A stretch of DNA of 64,000 bases from a bacterium. Lineage in GTDB: Bacteria; Margulisbacteria; Marinamargulisbacteria; JABIPA01. A model generated the notes under the pieces. It had not been told where the DNA came from. It saw only the letters and a list, made by a program, of their open reading frames with translations, and did not search any database. Each line of letters begins with the position of its first letter. Within the stretch, counting starts at the first letter, position 1. The stretch lies in NCBI GenBank assembly GCA_018699495.1, contig JABIQV010000050.1:3712-67711 (forward strand), read 5' to 3'. The position numbers were made by a program, and so were the translations under genes. Positions 16,963 to 26,278 of the stretch are shown here, piece by piece.

Positions 16963-18123
16963 TTATTTGAAGATTTCCGATAAAATAAGGGTTGAAACAG
17001 CGGTTTCAGAGTGAAGAGGGGTTAGTTGTTCAAGTTGATGTTTTTGACGGTTTTTATCATTAAAAAAGTTTAATACAACATCCGCTATAGATGTTTTATC
17101 AAATAGTTGAGCAATTTCTGTTACAACGTTCGTTTTGCTAAGTAAATTTGGAATTGAATAGCATTTATTTTGTTTTTTTAAGAATGAAATAAATAATGAG
17201 GTAAGTACTTTTCCTATACCAGGAAGTTTGAAAAATAGACCTATTACACCATCGAAAATTAACTCTTCTGGATTGTTTAAGGGAATTAAGACAAGCATCG
17301 GGACCTTCATGTACATGGCTTCAGCCGTATTAGACCCAGGGATGGTGATAAGTATTTGGCTTTTTGATAAAAGGCCTAAAGAGTGTTCGTGTCGAATAGA
17401 TAGTATGTTTGTTTCGAAAAGACTAGAAAACTGATTTTTAAGCGCATTGATTTCTTTTTCCTTAATAAACGGAGAAACTCCAATACATAGGTTTAAAGAC
17501 GAATTTGATTTATGAATTATGTCGACAGCTTCGCAAATTAAAGGTGCCAAAAGCTTAAAATGCCTCGGCCTAGACCCACAAAAAAATAAAATATCAAACT
17601 CTTTAGAGTCAGAGGACTTAAGATCAACGCTAGCTTTTATTGAAGAAAGGTAATTATAAACGTTATCTTTCATTAAATCTCCATGAATCGATCGTTTGAA
17701 AACCTTCGTGTACCCAACGTTTGAAAACGCATCATTTTCTGTATACGCGTATTTTGGTATACCTAGTCTAAACCCAAAGAAATTGGCATACATAGGATCC
17801 CCACCAAGAAAAAGAACAGACGCCTTGTCCGAAGAAAAATTTACGAGTTTATGAATCGCATTTTTCGAAAAAGGAGAAAAAACCAACTGCATCGATTGTT
17901 TGGGAGAAAAAACCTTACTTACATTTGGAAAGGTAGAAAGAATATCAATCTCTCGCCCAGTCGAGTATTGGCAGGGCGTTAAAAAAACGACGACTTGGAA
18001 GGAAGGATTTTGTTTATAAACAGACGCTAAAATGGGACGAACCCAAGTAGCAATTTCTCCAGGTCCATTTGTAAAAATAAATAGTGTCAAAGGCTTATTT
18101 GATATGTTTTGGTAGTTGCTCAT
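16963..18123 (-). CDS. Lipid-A-disaccharide synthase-related protein (LpxB-like GT-B glycosyltransferase)
   Basis: 386 aa. N-terminal LTLFIFTNGPGEIATWVRPI resembles the LpxB-related family seen in cyanobacteria-like lineages. Overlaps the 3' end of manC by 29 nt. Confidence 0.55.
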   Translation of the reverse strand: MSNYQNISNKPLTLFIFTNGPGEIATWVRPILASVYKQNPSFQVVVFLTPCQYSTGREIDILSTFPNVSKVFSPKQSMQLVFSPFSKNAIHKLVNFSSDKASVLFLGGDPMYANFFGFRLGIPKYAYTENDAFSNVGYTKVFKRSIHGDLMKDNVYNYLSSIKASVDLKSSDSKEFDILFFCGSRPRHFKLLAPLICEAVDIIHKSNSSLNLCIGVSPFIKEKEINALKNQFSSLFETNILSIRHEHSLGLLSKSQILITIPGSNTAEAMYMKVPMLVLIPLNNPEELIFDGVIGLFFKLPGIGKVLTSLFISFLKKQNKCYSIPNLLSKTNVVTEIAQLFDKTSIADVVLNFFNDKNRQKHQLEQLTPLHSETAVSTLILSEIFK

Positions 18124-19144
18124 ATAAGGCTTTAACCTGTTGATCGCTGGTAATGGGAGCGACTAAAAGCGCGTCCTCAGTTTGAATTACCATATGGTCG
18201 TCCATATCTATAAGAGAGACGACCCCTTTTTTCGAATATACAAGGTTATTATGACTATTCATACCAACATAATTGCCTTTAATCGCATTCCCATTCGCGT
18301 CCTGCTGCCAAACGCTGGGTAAGGAGGACCAACTACCAACATCACTCCATGAAAATTGGCCAGAAATCATTTTAATATTTTGCGCTTTTTCTAAAATTCC
18401 ATAGTCGATAGATAGCGAGTCGAAAGACTTAAAAGACGAAACAAATGTAGGGCTATCTTGGGTAAGGTGTTTAAGAGAGAGCAACGTTTCATATTGTTTT
18501 GGTTGATATGTTTTTATTGCTGAAAGAATTTGAGATGTTGTCCATATAAACATTCCAGAATTCCAAAAAAAGGACTTTTTTTCTAAATAAGACAGAGCAA
18601 TTCGTAATGTTGGTTTTTCGTGAAAACTTAAAACGGGTCGTCCGTTTTTAACAGATGACTTAGCCGTGGTGGATGCCGTTTCTATATACCCATAACCAGT
18701 ATGTGGAGACGTCGGCTTAATTCCTATCGTAATAAGAGCGTTCTCTGAATTAGCGACTGCAATTCCCTCATTAATAGTTTTGATAAATAGATCATTGTCT
18801 TTAATAAAATGGTCAGCAGGTAAAACAACCATTGTTGCATTAGGATCTTTTTTGGAGATTTCTTGAGCCGCCCAACCGATACAAGGTAACGTATTTTTTC
18901 CTTCAGGTTCATATAAAAAATTAATTGGAGGTAAATTAAGTGCCTCAAATTCGGATTTTTGATTTTTATTTGTAACTACCCACAGATTTGTATTTGTTAG
19001 TAGAGGAGTCAGTCTAGAAATGGTTTGTTCTAAAAGTGAGTCGTCCCCAATAATTGGTAAAAATTGTTTTGCTCTCTTTTCTCGTGAAAGAGGCCAGAAT
19101 CGTGTTCCAATTCCCCCTGCCATTATTACGATATGGTGACTCAT
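18095..19144 (-). CDS. manC: Mannose-1-phosphate guanylyltransferase (NTP-transferase family)
   Basis: IMAGGIGTRFWPLSR..RAKQF and VLPADH motifs. The tracked ORF starts at TTG 19150; ATG at 19144 is the likelier start. Confidence 0.8.
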   Translation of the reverse strand: MSHHIVIMAGGIGTRFWPLSREKRAKQFLPIIGDDSLLEQTISRLTPLLTNTNLWVVTNKNQKSEFEALNLPPINFLYEPEGKNTLPCIGWAAQEISKKDPNATMVVLPADHFIKDNDLFIKTINEGIAVANSENALITIGIKPTSPHTGYGYIETASTTAKSSVKNGRPVLSFHEKPTLRIALSYLEKKSFFWNSGMFIWTTSQILSAIKTYQPKQYETLLSLKHLTQDSPTFVSSFKSFDSLSIDYGILEKAQNIKMISGQFSWSDVGSWSSLPSVWQQDANGNAIKGNYVGMNSHNNLVYSKKGVVSLIDMDDHMVIQTEDALLVAPITSDQQVKALYEQLPKHIK

Positions 19145-19317
19145 TAACAAAATTATATCATATAATTAATCTTAAAAATTTGGTAAAAAATGGAGAGGTC
19201 ATGTCTTAGAAAAAGTTTTAAAATAGGAGTAACCTAGAAATCATAGAATACTTAATGTAAAATCCTAATGTTTCTGATTTTTTAGGTTGGAAATAAATAT
19301 TATTATTAGGGAAAATA

Positions 19318-20940
19318 ATGAGCACTGAAAAAAAATTAAAAATGTCTATCGTTTACCAAATTGGTAAGTACTTATGTTTTACTTCTTTTGCCATTTTAGT
19401 TTTATCGCTTTCTTATGGCTGTTTTCCAAAACAAACTACTGACGAAAAAGGGCGCGTGTATCTTGGGGTTTCCCAAAAACATTTGCCAAGAGACATATCT
19501 CCTTATAAAAATTACGACAAGAAAGTATCTATTTCTAGTTGGCATTTAGATTGGGAGCAAAAATTTCCAAAAGTTAGAGTTAGTGAGTTACTTAAAAAAG
19601 GTATTGTTTCACATATCGTTTGGGAGCCATGGATTTGGAATGATTCCGAAGCGTTAAAACTGAAGGCTATCATAAAAGGCGAATGGGATCAGTATATAAA
19701 AGAATGGGCTGTTCAGATTGCGAATCTTGAGTATCCAATATTTATAGATTTTGCGCCAAATTTTAATAATCAAGATATTCCATGGTCAGTGTTTCAAAAT
19801 TATAAACGACCGCAATCCTATAAAAATGCCTATCGCAGAGTGGTTGATATCTTTAGAGAAGAGGGCGCAATAAATGCAATTTGGGTGTGGAGTTATTCAA
19901 ATCAAAACTCACCTGACACACGATGGAATAATCCTAACAAAGCCTATCCGGGTGATGATTACGTCGATTGGATAGGGGTGACGGGGTATAATCGTGGGAA
20001 TATAAATAATCATCACTGGGAAGGGTTTGAAGACCTTTTTAAACAAGGTGTAAAGCAGGCTAAATTGAGATATTCGTCGAAACCGGTGATGATTTCTGAG
20101 GTAGGAACTGTAAAAAATGGTGGGGATAAATCCGAATGGTTTGCCTCAATTCCTTTGTACTTGAATTCTACATTGAAAGATGTGAAATGTATTATATATG
20201 CAGATTATAGTGACGATATTTATAATTGGAAAATTGATAGTACCCCTAGTGCAGAACTTGCGTTTAACAGTTTGATAAAGGAGCCAATTTTTGAATCATC
20301 AGTAGACGATATAAATCATGTTAAACCGCGTCAGTTCAAAGAAACTCAAATTCAAATATCTAATCTTGTAAAACCTAAATTTAACGAAGCTATCCATATA
20401 GATGGAAATTATGGAGAGTGGGAACCGGTAATAGCTCATGCGATTAATAAAATTGGAAATGTTTATACTGGCGCAGAGTTTTGGACAGATTCGTCTGATA
20501 GTTTACTTAATATTAAGTTAGCAGGGGACGAGGATACATTATATTTATATGCTGAATACAAGGACGATGATTTGGTTATAGGTACCGCCGAAGACAGAAA
20601 CCAAGACAAAATATTAGTCTATTTTTCTTGGGTTACCGATGAAGGTGCTTATGAAGTAAAATCTATTGTTCTTAAATTTGGGCATAAAGTTAGAAACGCT
20701 AGGACTGGAAGAAATATTAAAGATGCAGAAATTGTTCATACGACTCAGCAGAATAGGACGAGACTAGAAGCAAAAATTCCGTGGGAAAGTTTAAGGTATT
20801 CATTTTCTTCAGGAAAAGAATTGGGCCTTAATATTGGGTATTATGATTATGAGGAGTCGGGCTCTAGTAGACACATTCTTTTTGGGAATCATTATTTTAA
20901 AGATTATCCTCATAAATGGCCTCGAGTTAATTTAAATTAG
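19318..20940 (+). CDS. Secreted or membrane-anchored GH26-like (beta-mannanase family) protein with a C-terminal CBM9-like domain
   Basis: N-terminal hydrophobic anchor. NAIWVWS, YPGDDYVDWIGVTGYN and KPVMISEVG are collinear with GH26. C-terminal IHIDGNYGEWE...LEAKIPWESL resembles CBM9-type modules. Confidence 0.6.
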   Translation: MSTEKKLKMSIVYQIGKYLCFTSFAILVLSLSYGCFPKQTTDEKGRVYLGVSQKHLPRDISPYKNYDKKVSISSWHLDWEQKFPKVRVSELLKKGIVSHIVWEPWIWNDSEALKLKAIIKGEWDQYIKEWAVQIANLEYPIFIDFAPNFNNQDIPWSVFQNYKRPQSYKNAYRRVVDIFREEGAINAIWVWSYSNQNSPDTRWNNPNKAYPGDDYVDWIGVTGYNRGNINNHHWEGFEDLFKQGVKQAKLRYSSKPVMISEVGTVKNGGDKSEWFASIPLYLNSTLKDVKCIIYADYSDDIYNWKIDSTPSAELAFNSLIKEPIFESSVDDINHVKPRQFKETQIQISNLVKPKFNEAIHIDGNYGEWEPVIAHAINKIGNVYTGAEFWTDSSDSLLNIKLAGDEDTLYLYAEYKDDDLVIGTAEDRNQDKILVYFSWVTDEGAYEVKSIVLKFGHKVRNARTGRNIKDAEIVHTTQQNRTRLEAKIPWESLRYSFSSGKELGLNIGYYDYEESGSSRHILFGNHYFKDYPHKWPRVNLN

Positions 20941-20952
20941 ACCAAGGTACTA

Positions 20953-21252
20953 ATGTCAGTTCACCATCAATTAACATTATCTTTTATTTCAATATTTTTG
21001 TTTTGTGTGGACATATTTTTGATTAATCGGATTCAAATTTTTAGCCGAAATTATAATGGTGATGATATGTTTGTGAACCAAGTTAAGCAAATTTTGGGGC
21101 AACTGAAGTTTTCTCATATTATTATTTATACGGGGGTATATACTGCCGTTTTAATTTTAGGCAGCTTATTTTCTTTGATTTTCTCATTTTTGATTACTAT
21201 TCAGTTGATTTCATTGGCTGTTAATATTGGATTTTTGAAAAAACTTTCTTAA
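20953..21252 (+). CDS. Small hydrophobic hypothetical protein
   Basis: 99-aa ORF with two or three hydrophobic stretches, 12 nt after the preceding gene. No homology recognised. Confidence 0.35.
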   Translation: MSVHHQLTLSFISIFLFCVDIFLINRIQIFSRNYNGDDMFVNQVKQILGQLKFSHIIIYTGVYTAVLILGSLFSLIFSFLITIQLISLAVNIGFLKKLS

Positions 21253-21262
21253 TAAAAATTGA

Positions 21263-21282
21263 GAAACATTGGTCAATGTTTC
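21263..21282 (+). terminator. Perfect 9-bp hairpin (gaaacattg / caatgtttc) 11 nt after a stop codon; no U-tract
   Basis: Inverted repeat read directly. The lack of a T-run weakens an intrinsic-terminator call. Confidence 0.25.
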
Positions 21283-21461
21283 AATGTTTGACGAATCCTT
21301 AATTTGGGAAATATATCTATTGCTTAAAAGAAAACCACGTTTTATTTTTTTAGCTATTCTATTCATTAAAGGGGTAAACTATTTTTAAAATAATATCCGT
21401 ACCACAAAATTCAAAAAGTTCTAATGTAAATATTCCTAAAATTGTTCACAGACCAATTGGA

Positions 21462-22664
21462 ATGAGTATAGACGATAAGAAACACAACTATTACAGCACT
21501 CGAAAAATAACTTTAGAAAGAGTTAAATTAATTCTAAGGCATGCCTATTCCCTTCAAGAAGAAGCTCCAAAAACAGAGTTGTCGTTTAGTTCTATTTTTT
21601 TGTCATGTGTACGGCCATTAAACGATCTCGATGCCCAAACGATGATGAGTAAAGAAGAACAGTTAAACGAGATGAAATTTCTTCTTGAAGAGCTAAAAGA
21701 AAATCTTACAAAAAAGAATTTATTAAATGAAGATATTGTTTGGCCAAAAATAGAATCTGTGAAAACACGAACTCAAATGGCTGAGATGGTTTTTAGACTA
21801 TGTGAAAAAGATACATCGGGAAAAATATTTTTAGCTTTTTCAGATATTTTTCTTAAAAAGGTATTTTTGGACGTTCTGAAAAGAGATTGGTCCATGATTT
21901 CTTCTGAAGCAACGAATCGAGGTTCTGTCGGGGAGCAATTCAGAGGACGAAATATAGAGTTGGACAATATTCCCAACTTAGACGAATTGGACCAAGGTTT
22001 TTTTAATCCTAATAGTTGGACTCTCCCAGAAGATGTGGAAAGTATATGTAAGCAAAAATCCTTGAAAGATCTTGGTAGTCAGTTGAGAGAATTGAACAAA
22101 AAACAAATGGAAAATGTGGAAAGTTTTATAGGTGAAAAACTTGTACAAGTAAGGGCATCGTTTTTTGAAAAAGAAAAGTCAAAAGTAGTAGATCCTGAAG
22201 CATTTGAACTTACGTATAAAACGAAACCAAAAGTGAATTTATTAGTTCCATCATGGCATATCGATTCTTTTTCAAATAATCCAAGATTACATAGTTTAGA
22301 AAAGCCTGTTTATGTAGTCTCTTATTTTGATAAAAAAGACGAAGAGGGGACCGAATATGTAAGACTCCCTTATTTTAATATGGGTTTAGATAATATCGAT
22401 GCAACGTTGAGGGTTCGAGCGATTATTGAATCTTTTTTAAGAGATCCAGGTAACGAGAGTTTAATTGAACCTTATATTCATCAAACTCAATCGGAAGTCG
22501 TGTCTAAAAATTTACCTTATGCTTTTTATCATCGAAGTCCCGTTCAAAAAGATGATCCAGTAGAGAGAACGTGTTTGGTATATGCCACGGAAAATGGAGA
22601 CAGTCACCATCCGTTTATAGGAGCGAATATAGATGGATTTATTTATAAAGAACTTGGGCGTTAA
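21462..22664 (+). CDS. Hypothetical protein (400 aa)
   Basis: Long ORF with no competing frame. No motif recognised. Confidence 0.55.
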   Translation: MSIDDKKHNYYSTRKITLERVKLILRHAYSLQEEAPKTELSFSSIFLSCVRPLNDLDAQTMMSKEEQLNEMKFLLEELKENLTKKNLLNEDIVWPKIESVKTRTQMAEMVFRLCEKDTSGKIFLAFSDIFLKKVFLDVLKRDWSMISSEATNRGSVGEQFRGRNIELDNIPNLDELDQGFFNPNSWTLPEDVESICKQKSLKDLGSQLRELNKKQMENVESFIGEKLVQVRASFFEKEKSKVVDPEAFELTYKTKPKVNLLVPSWHIDSFSNNPRLHSLEKPVYVVSYFDKKDEEGTEYVRLPYFNMGLDNIDATLRVRAIIESFLRDPGNESLIEPYIHQTQSEVVSKNLPYAFYHRSPVQKDDPVERTCLVYATENGDSHHPFIGANIDGFIYKELGR

Positions 22665-22914
22665 AAATTTTAGTTTGAAAGTCTAAGTTATTTATTTCAA
22701 TTAATTTGCTAGGCATCAAAATTTTGTCATATTCTCAAATTAAATATACATCTCTACACCATAATCATTAAAATTCAAATAACATTTCAAAACAAAATTT
22801 TAAAACCAAGCAATTTTCATGATATCATTCAAAAAAATGAAAGGTCTTCGTCAAAAAAGGCAAAGATCGTTGTAAGTCAAAATGGTTCAAATTCAAACAT
22901 TTACCCATTTAGTT

Positions 22915-23010
22915 TTACAAGAGGGAAATTGAGTGAAAACCTCAGCTGTCCAGCAACCGTAGAGTGGTGACTATTAAAAAAATAGGTAAAACGCAGTCGG
23001 AATGCCTCCG
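22915..23010 (+). promoter_or_regulatory. Cobalamin (B12) riboswitch
   Basis: AGAGGGAAAUUGAGUGAAAACCUCAGCUGUCCAGCAACCGUAGAG matches the conserved core (GGGAA...GGUGAAA.CC...GC.G.CC.GCAAC.GUA). A variable hairpin follows, then a B12-box-like GCAGUCGGAAUGCC. It lies directly 5' of a TonB-dependent receptor gene. Confidence 0.7.
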
Positions 23011-25071
23011 TTTTTTATAAGGGGTCTATACCCCAAAAATACTCGATCATCTAGGAAAGTGACGTGTACAATTAATAAACTAATAATTGAAAGAAATCCT
23101 TTTATATGGGTTTGTTTTATTTTAATCATTTTAATATTTTTGATATCCAATTCTGTTGTGGCAGAGGACGATTCTTCAAAATACCCTCAACGAATATATA
23201 TCAGAAATAAGATATCAATTGGGGATGGAACGACATCATCCAAAAAAAAATATGGTTCCAAGCAAATTCTAACAGACGATATCCCCTTGATTATCAAACC
23301 AAGAAAAAAGACAGAATATTCAACTTACTCAGAGTTTTCAAAAACAGTTTCCGATCATCACAAAGTAAATAAGTCTGTAGAATCGATAGTGAAATGGGCT
23401 CCAAGTGTCGTGTTAACAGAATTTGGAGCTGAGGGGCAGTCAAATGTTGTACAAATCCGGGGATCGTCAGCATCTCAAGTTCCAGTGTTTTTTGATGGAT
23501 TTTCTATGTCAGGGTTTTCTGGACGTACAGATTTAACACTTTTTGATACAGAGTCTTTGGAAACAATTGATGTTGTTCGAGGAATGACATCTTCAATTTA
23601 TGGACCAGGTGCTTTGGGTGGCGTTATTTCTTTACGGTCGGTAAGCCCTAAAAATATTGAGTCGGTACTTCGGATAGGTTCTTTTTCTTCTCATTCATTA
23701 AGTGTTTTGACTCCTATCAATGAAATTGGGGCAAGTCTATTTTTAAAACGGGCGTACGCAAAAAATGACTATGTGTATTTAAATGATAGAGGAACCCAGT
23801 TCGAGGAGGGGGACGACTATTTTGATACTAGAAAAAATAGCGATGTTTTATCAGAGTCATTGTTTTTCAAAATGGAACTATTGAAAGCATTCAAAGTGAG
23901 TTTGAAATTGAATCGTTTTGATAAAGGGAGTGCTGGGACAATTACTAACCCTTCGTTTGAGGCAAGAGAAGTCGGGACAAGCTTTTTTTCTTCTCTCAGT
24001 TATTCTCAAAATCACTTAAATTTGACATCATTTTATTCAGGAAATGAAAAAACGTTTTCTGATCCTTTAGGAGAATTTAATGGAGCTGCTTATTCGGTTA
24101 CACATGTGGATAGGAAAGGCGGCGTTAAGTTTGCCTCCGATTCATTATTTGGTGTAAATACGATCAACTATTCCCTTGGCACGATTCGAGAGTTTTTAGA
24201 AAGAGGGGACGGGTTAACGTCTATATACAGAAATCAATATGACGCTACGGTTGAGTGGAACCCACGGCCCTTTTTTTCTGGGGTATACTCAAATTTTTCT
24301 GCTCAGTTGGGTAAGGTGTCGGACAGTGCCCCCTTAGCCGCAATTCATTTTTCAAATCGATTTATTAAAAAAGGATTCCCATTCATTTTTCGTGTATCTG
24401 TAGGAACAGGTTATAGATTCCCTAGTTTATCTGAAAAATATGACCGGTTTGGATTCTTATACCCAAATCCAGATTTGAAACCAGAAAATGGAATCGAAAC
24501 AGAAGCTTCTGTAACTTACTCTACGAAACGTTTCAGAATGGATGCCATCGTGTTTTATAGAGATATGACAGATTTGATTGAATTCGATTTCGCCTCGAGC
24601 TTCATGATGAAGTTTAAGAATATAGGAAAATCTCAGATAAAGGGTCTCGAGATTATTGCAGCTGGAAATAATTTTGGATTTGATTGGGAATCTCAACTTA
24701 CTGTAACTGAAGGAATTGATAAAACAGACAATTCGGCAAGATATGATAATAAATTATTGATTCCTAAATACGTTGCTTTAACAAAAATATCAAAAAAATT
24801 AACGGAGTCATTGACTGTATACGGAGAATCTTATTTTGAAGATCGCGGACATTTGGATAAACAAACATCCGTAGATATCGATGATAAATCCGTCGTATCT
24901 GTCGGAGGATCGTTCAAGATAGGGACTTCTTTTTTTAAAGAATACGTTGTGCCAAAATCAACGTCTGTTGAATTCAAGGTGAGTAATATATTTGATGCGT
25001 TAAATCAAGATAGATTTGGATTCCCACTTCCCGGAAGAAAATGGGAGGTAGGGTTGATAACTAAATTATAG
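23002..25071 (+). CDS. btuB: TonB-dependent outer-membrane receptor, probably the cobalamin transporter
   Basis: Signal peptide ...LIFLISNSVVA. Plug motifs VQIRGSSASQVPVFFDG and GALGGVISL. C-terminal beta-barrel ending in an aromatic-rich strand. B12 specificity is inferred from the upstream riboswitch. The start is uncertain (ATG 23002 inside the riboswitch, or GTG 23059). Confidence 0.8.
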   Translation: MPPFFIRGLYPKNTRSSRKVTCTINKLIIERNPFIWVCFILIILIFLISNSVVAEDDSSKYPQRIYIRNKISIGDGTTSSKKKYGSKQILTDDIPLIIKPRKKTEYSTYSEFSKTVSDHHKVNKSVESIVKWAPSVVLTEFGAEGQSNVVQIRGSSASQVPVFFDGFSMSGFSGRTDLTLFDTESLETIDVVRGMTSSIYGPGALGGVISLRSVSPKNIESVLRIGSFSSHSLSVLTPINEIGASLFLKRAYAKNDYVYLNDRGTQFEEGDDYFDTRKNSDVLSESLFFKMELLKAFKVSLKLNRFDKGSAGTITNPSFEAREVGTSFFSSLSYSQNHLNLTSFYSGNEKTFSDPLGEFNGAAYSVTHVDRKGGVKFASDSLFGVNTINYSLGTIREFLERGDGLTSIYRNQYDATVEWNPRPFFSGVYSNFSAQLGKVSDSAPLAAIHFSNRFIKKGFPFIFRVSVGTGYRFPSLSEKYDRFGFLYPNPDLKPENGIETEASVTYSTKRFRMDAIVFYRDMTDLIEFDFASSFMMKFKNIGKSQIKGLEIIAAGNNFGFDWESQLTVTEGIDKTDNSARYDNKLLIPKYVALTKISKKLTESLTVYGESYFEDRGHLDKQTSVDIDDKSVVSVGGSFKIGTSFFKEYVVPKSTSVEFKVSNIFDALNQDRFGFPLPGRKWEVGLITKL

Positions 25072-25114
25072 AAGGTATGAAAACCGTATAGAAAAAAGAG
25101 TAAAAGGCGAAAAA

Positions 25115-26278
25115 ATGAAACTAAAAAATGAAATACTAAGAAAATGTACGACAAGTGTACTCTCAATTGCAATAGCATTATCAATTACGGGCTGTTCTCA
25201 GCTAATCGATTTACTTGAAAATGACGACGATATTGAAAATCCGTCCTCGGAAACGGAAACAGTTAACGCATACGTAATCGGTGCTCCTTGGGGAATGGGC
25301 GAAACACCTAACGGTTATGTTGGCACGTTATCAACGTCATCCACCGGAGATAGTGTTGTTAATAAAACGTATTTTGAAATTTCAAAGACGGCAAATAAAG
25401 CAAAATTAGACGATGATTTTTTGTATGTTCTACATTCAGGAAGTAATTCGTTATATAGGATTGATACACAAGCAACAGACGAAGAAAATAGGTCAAAAGA
25501 ACTGTCTTTAGGTACTAACTTAAGTCCGTGGGGTTTTGTAATTAACAACGAAACCGCATATATCACAAATAATACGGCTCATTCAGTTACTGAAGTATCC
25601 TTATCAGGAGATATGTCAGTTGTACGTACCTTCGATTTGCCATCGGGATCAGATTTAACGCCTCCTGAAGGTGAAGTTACCTATGCTTATCCTCAAGATA
25701 TCGAAATTATTGATAATAAACTTTATGTTGCTTTGACCAATCAAAATAGCAGCAGGTTCCCCGTAGGACCTGGAAAATTAGCAATAATTGACTTGGACAC
25801 AAATGAAACAAGTTTACTCGACCTTACGTACTCGAACCCTGCATCCTTTGCTTATTCTGATTTATATCCAACATTGTTATTTGTAATTGAAACAGGAACC
25901 GTATGGCCCGCTGATAATTTGGCAAAATTGGAAGTAATAGACACAGAGACAAACGAAATTATTACAGAAGAAATGATTGAATCGGATTCGTCTGTTATAG
26001 AAATTGGGCCTGAAGGAACTATATATGTAGCTTCCGGTTATGGACGTGTCGATTTGTATAAATATACATTTGAAAATAATTTACTTTCATCATCGGATAT
26101 TTTTAATATCGATAGTTTTGGAAATCCAACAGATATAGAAATAGATGACGAAGGAACTATATATGTGTCTGATTCGTCAAACCATAAAGTATTTGTTAAG
26201 CGTCAATCGGAGTCAGCTTTTTCTTCCTATATAGTAAATGATGCTCCCATGGATATCGTATTGACTACTATTGATTAA
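25115..26278 (+). CDS. Lipoprotein with predicted beta-propeller repeats (YncE/NHL-like)
   Basis: Lipobox LSITGCS. Repeated motifs of the type P.DIEI.D..LYV / GTIYVSDSSNHKVFV. Lies 43 nt downstream of btuB on the same strand. Confidence 0.7.
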   Translation: MKLKNEILRKCTTSVLSIAIALSITGCSQLIDLLENDDDIENPSSETETVNAYVIGAPWGMGETPNGYVGTLSTSSTGDSVVNKTYFEISKTANKAKLDDDFLYVLHSGSNSLYRIDTQATDEENRSKELSLGTNLSPWGFVINNETAYITNNTAHSVTEVSLSGDMSVVRTFDLPSGSDLTPPEGEVTYAYPQDIEIIDNKLYVALTNQNSSRFPVGPGKLAIIDLDTNETSLLDLTYSNPASFAYSDLYPTLLFVIETGTVWPADNLAKLEVIDTETNEIITEEMIESDSSVIEIGPEGTIYVASGYGRVDLYKYTFENNLLSSSDIFNIDSFGNPTDIEIDDEGTIYVSDSSNHKVFVKRQSESAFSSYIVNDAPMDIVLTTID

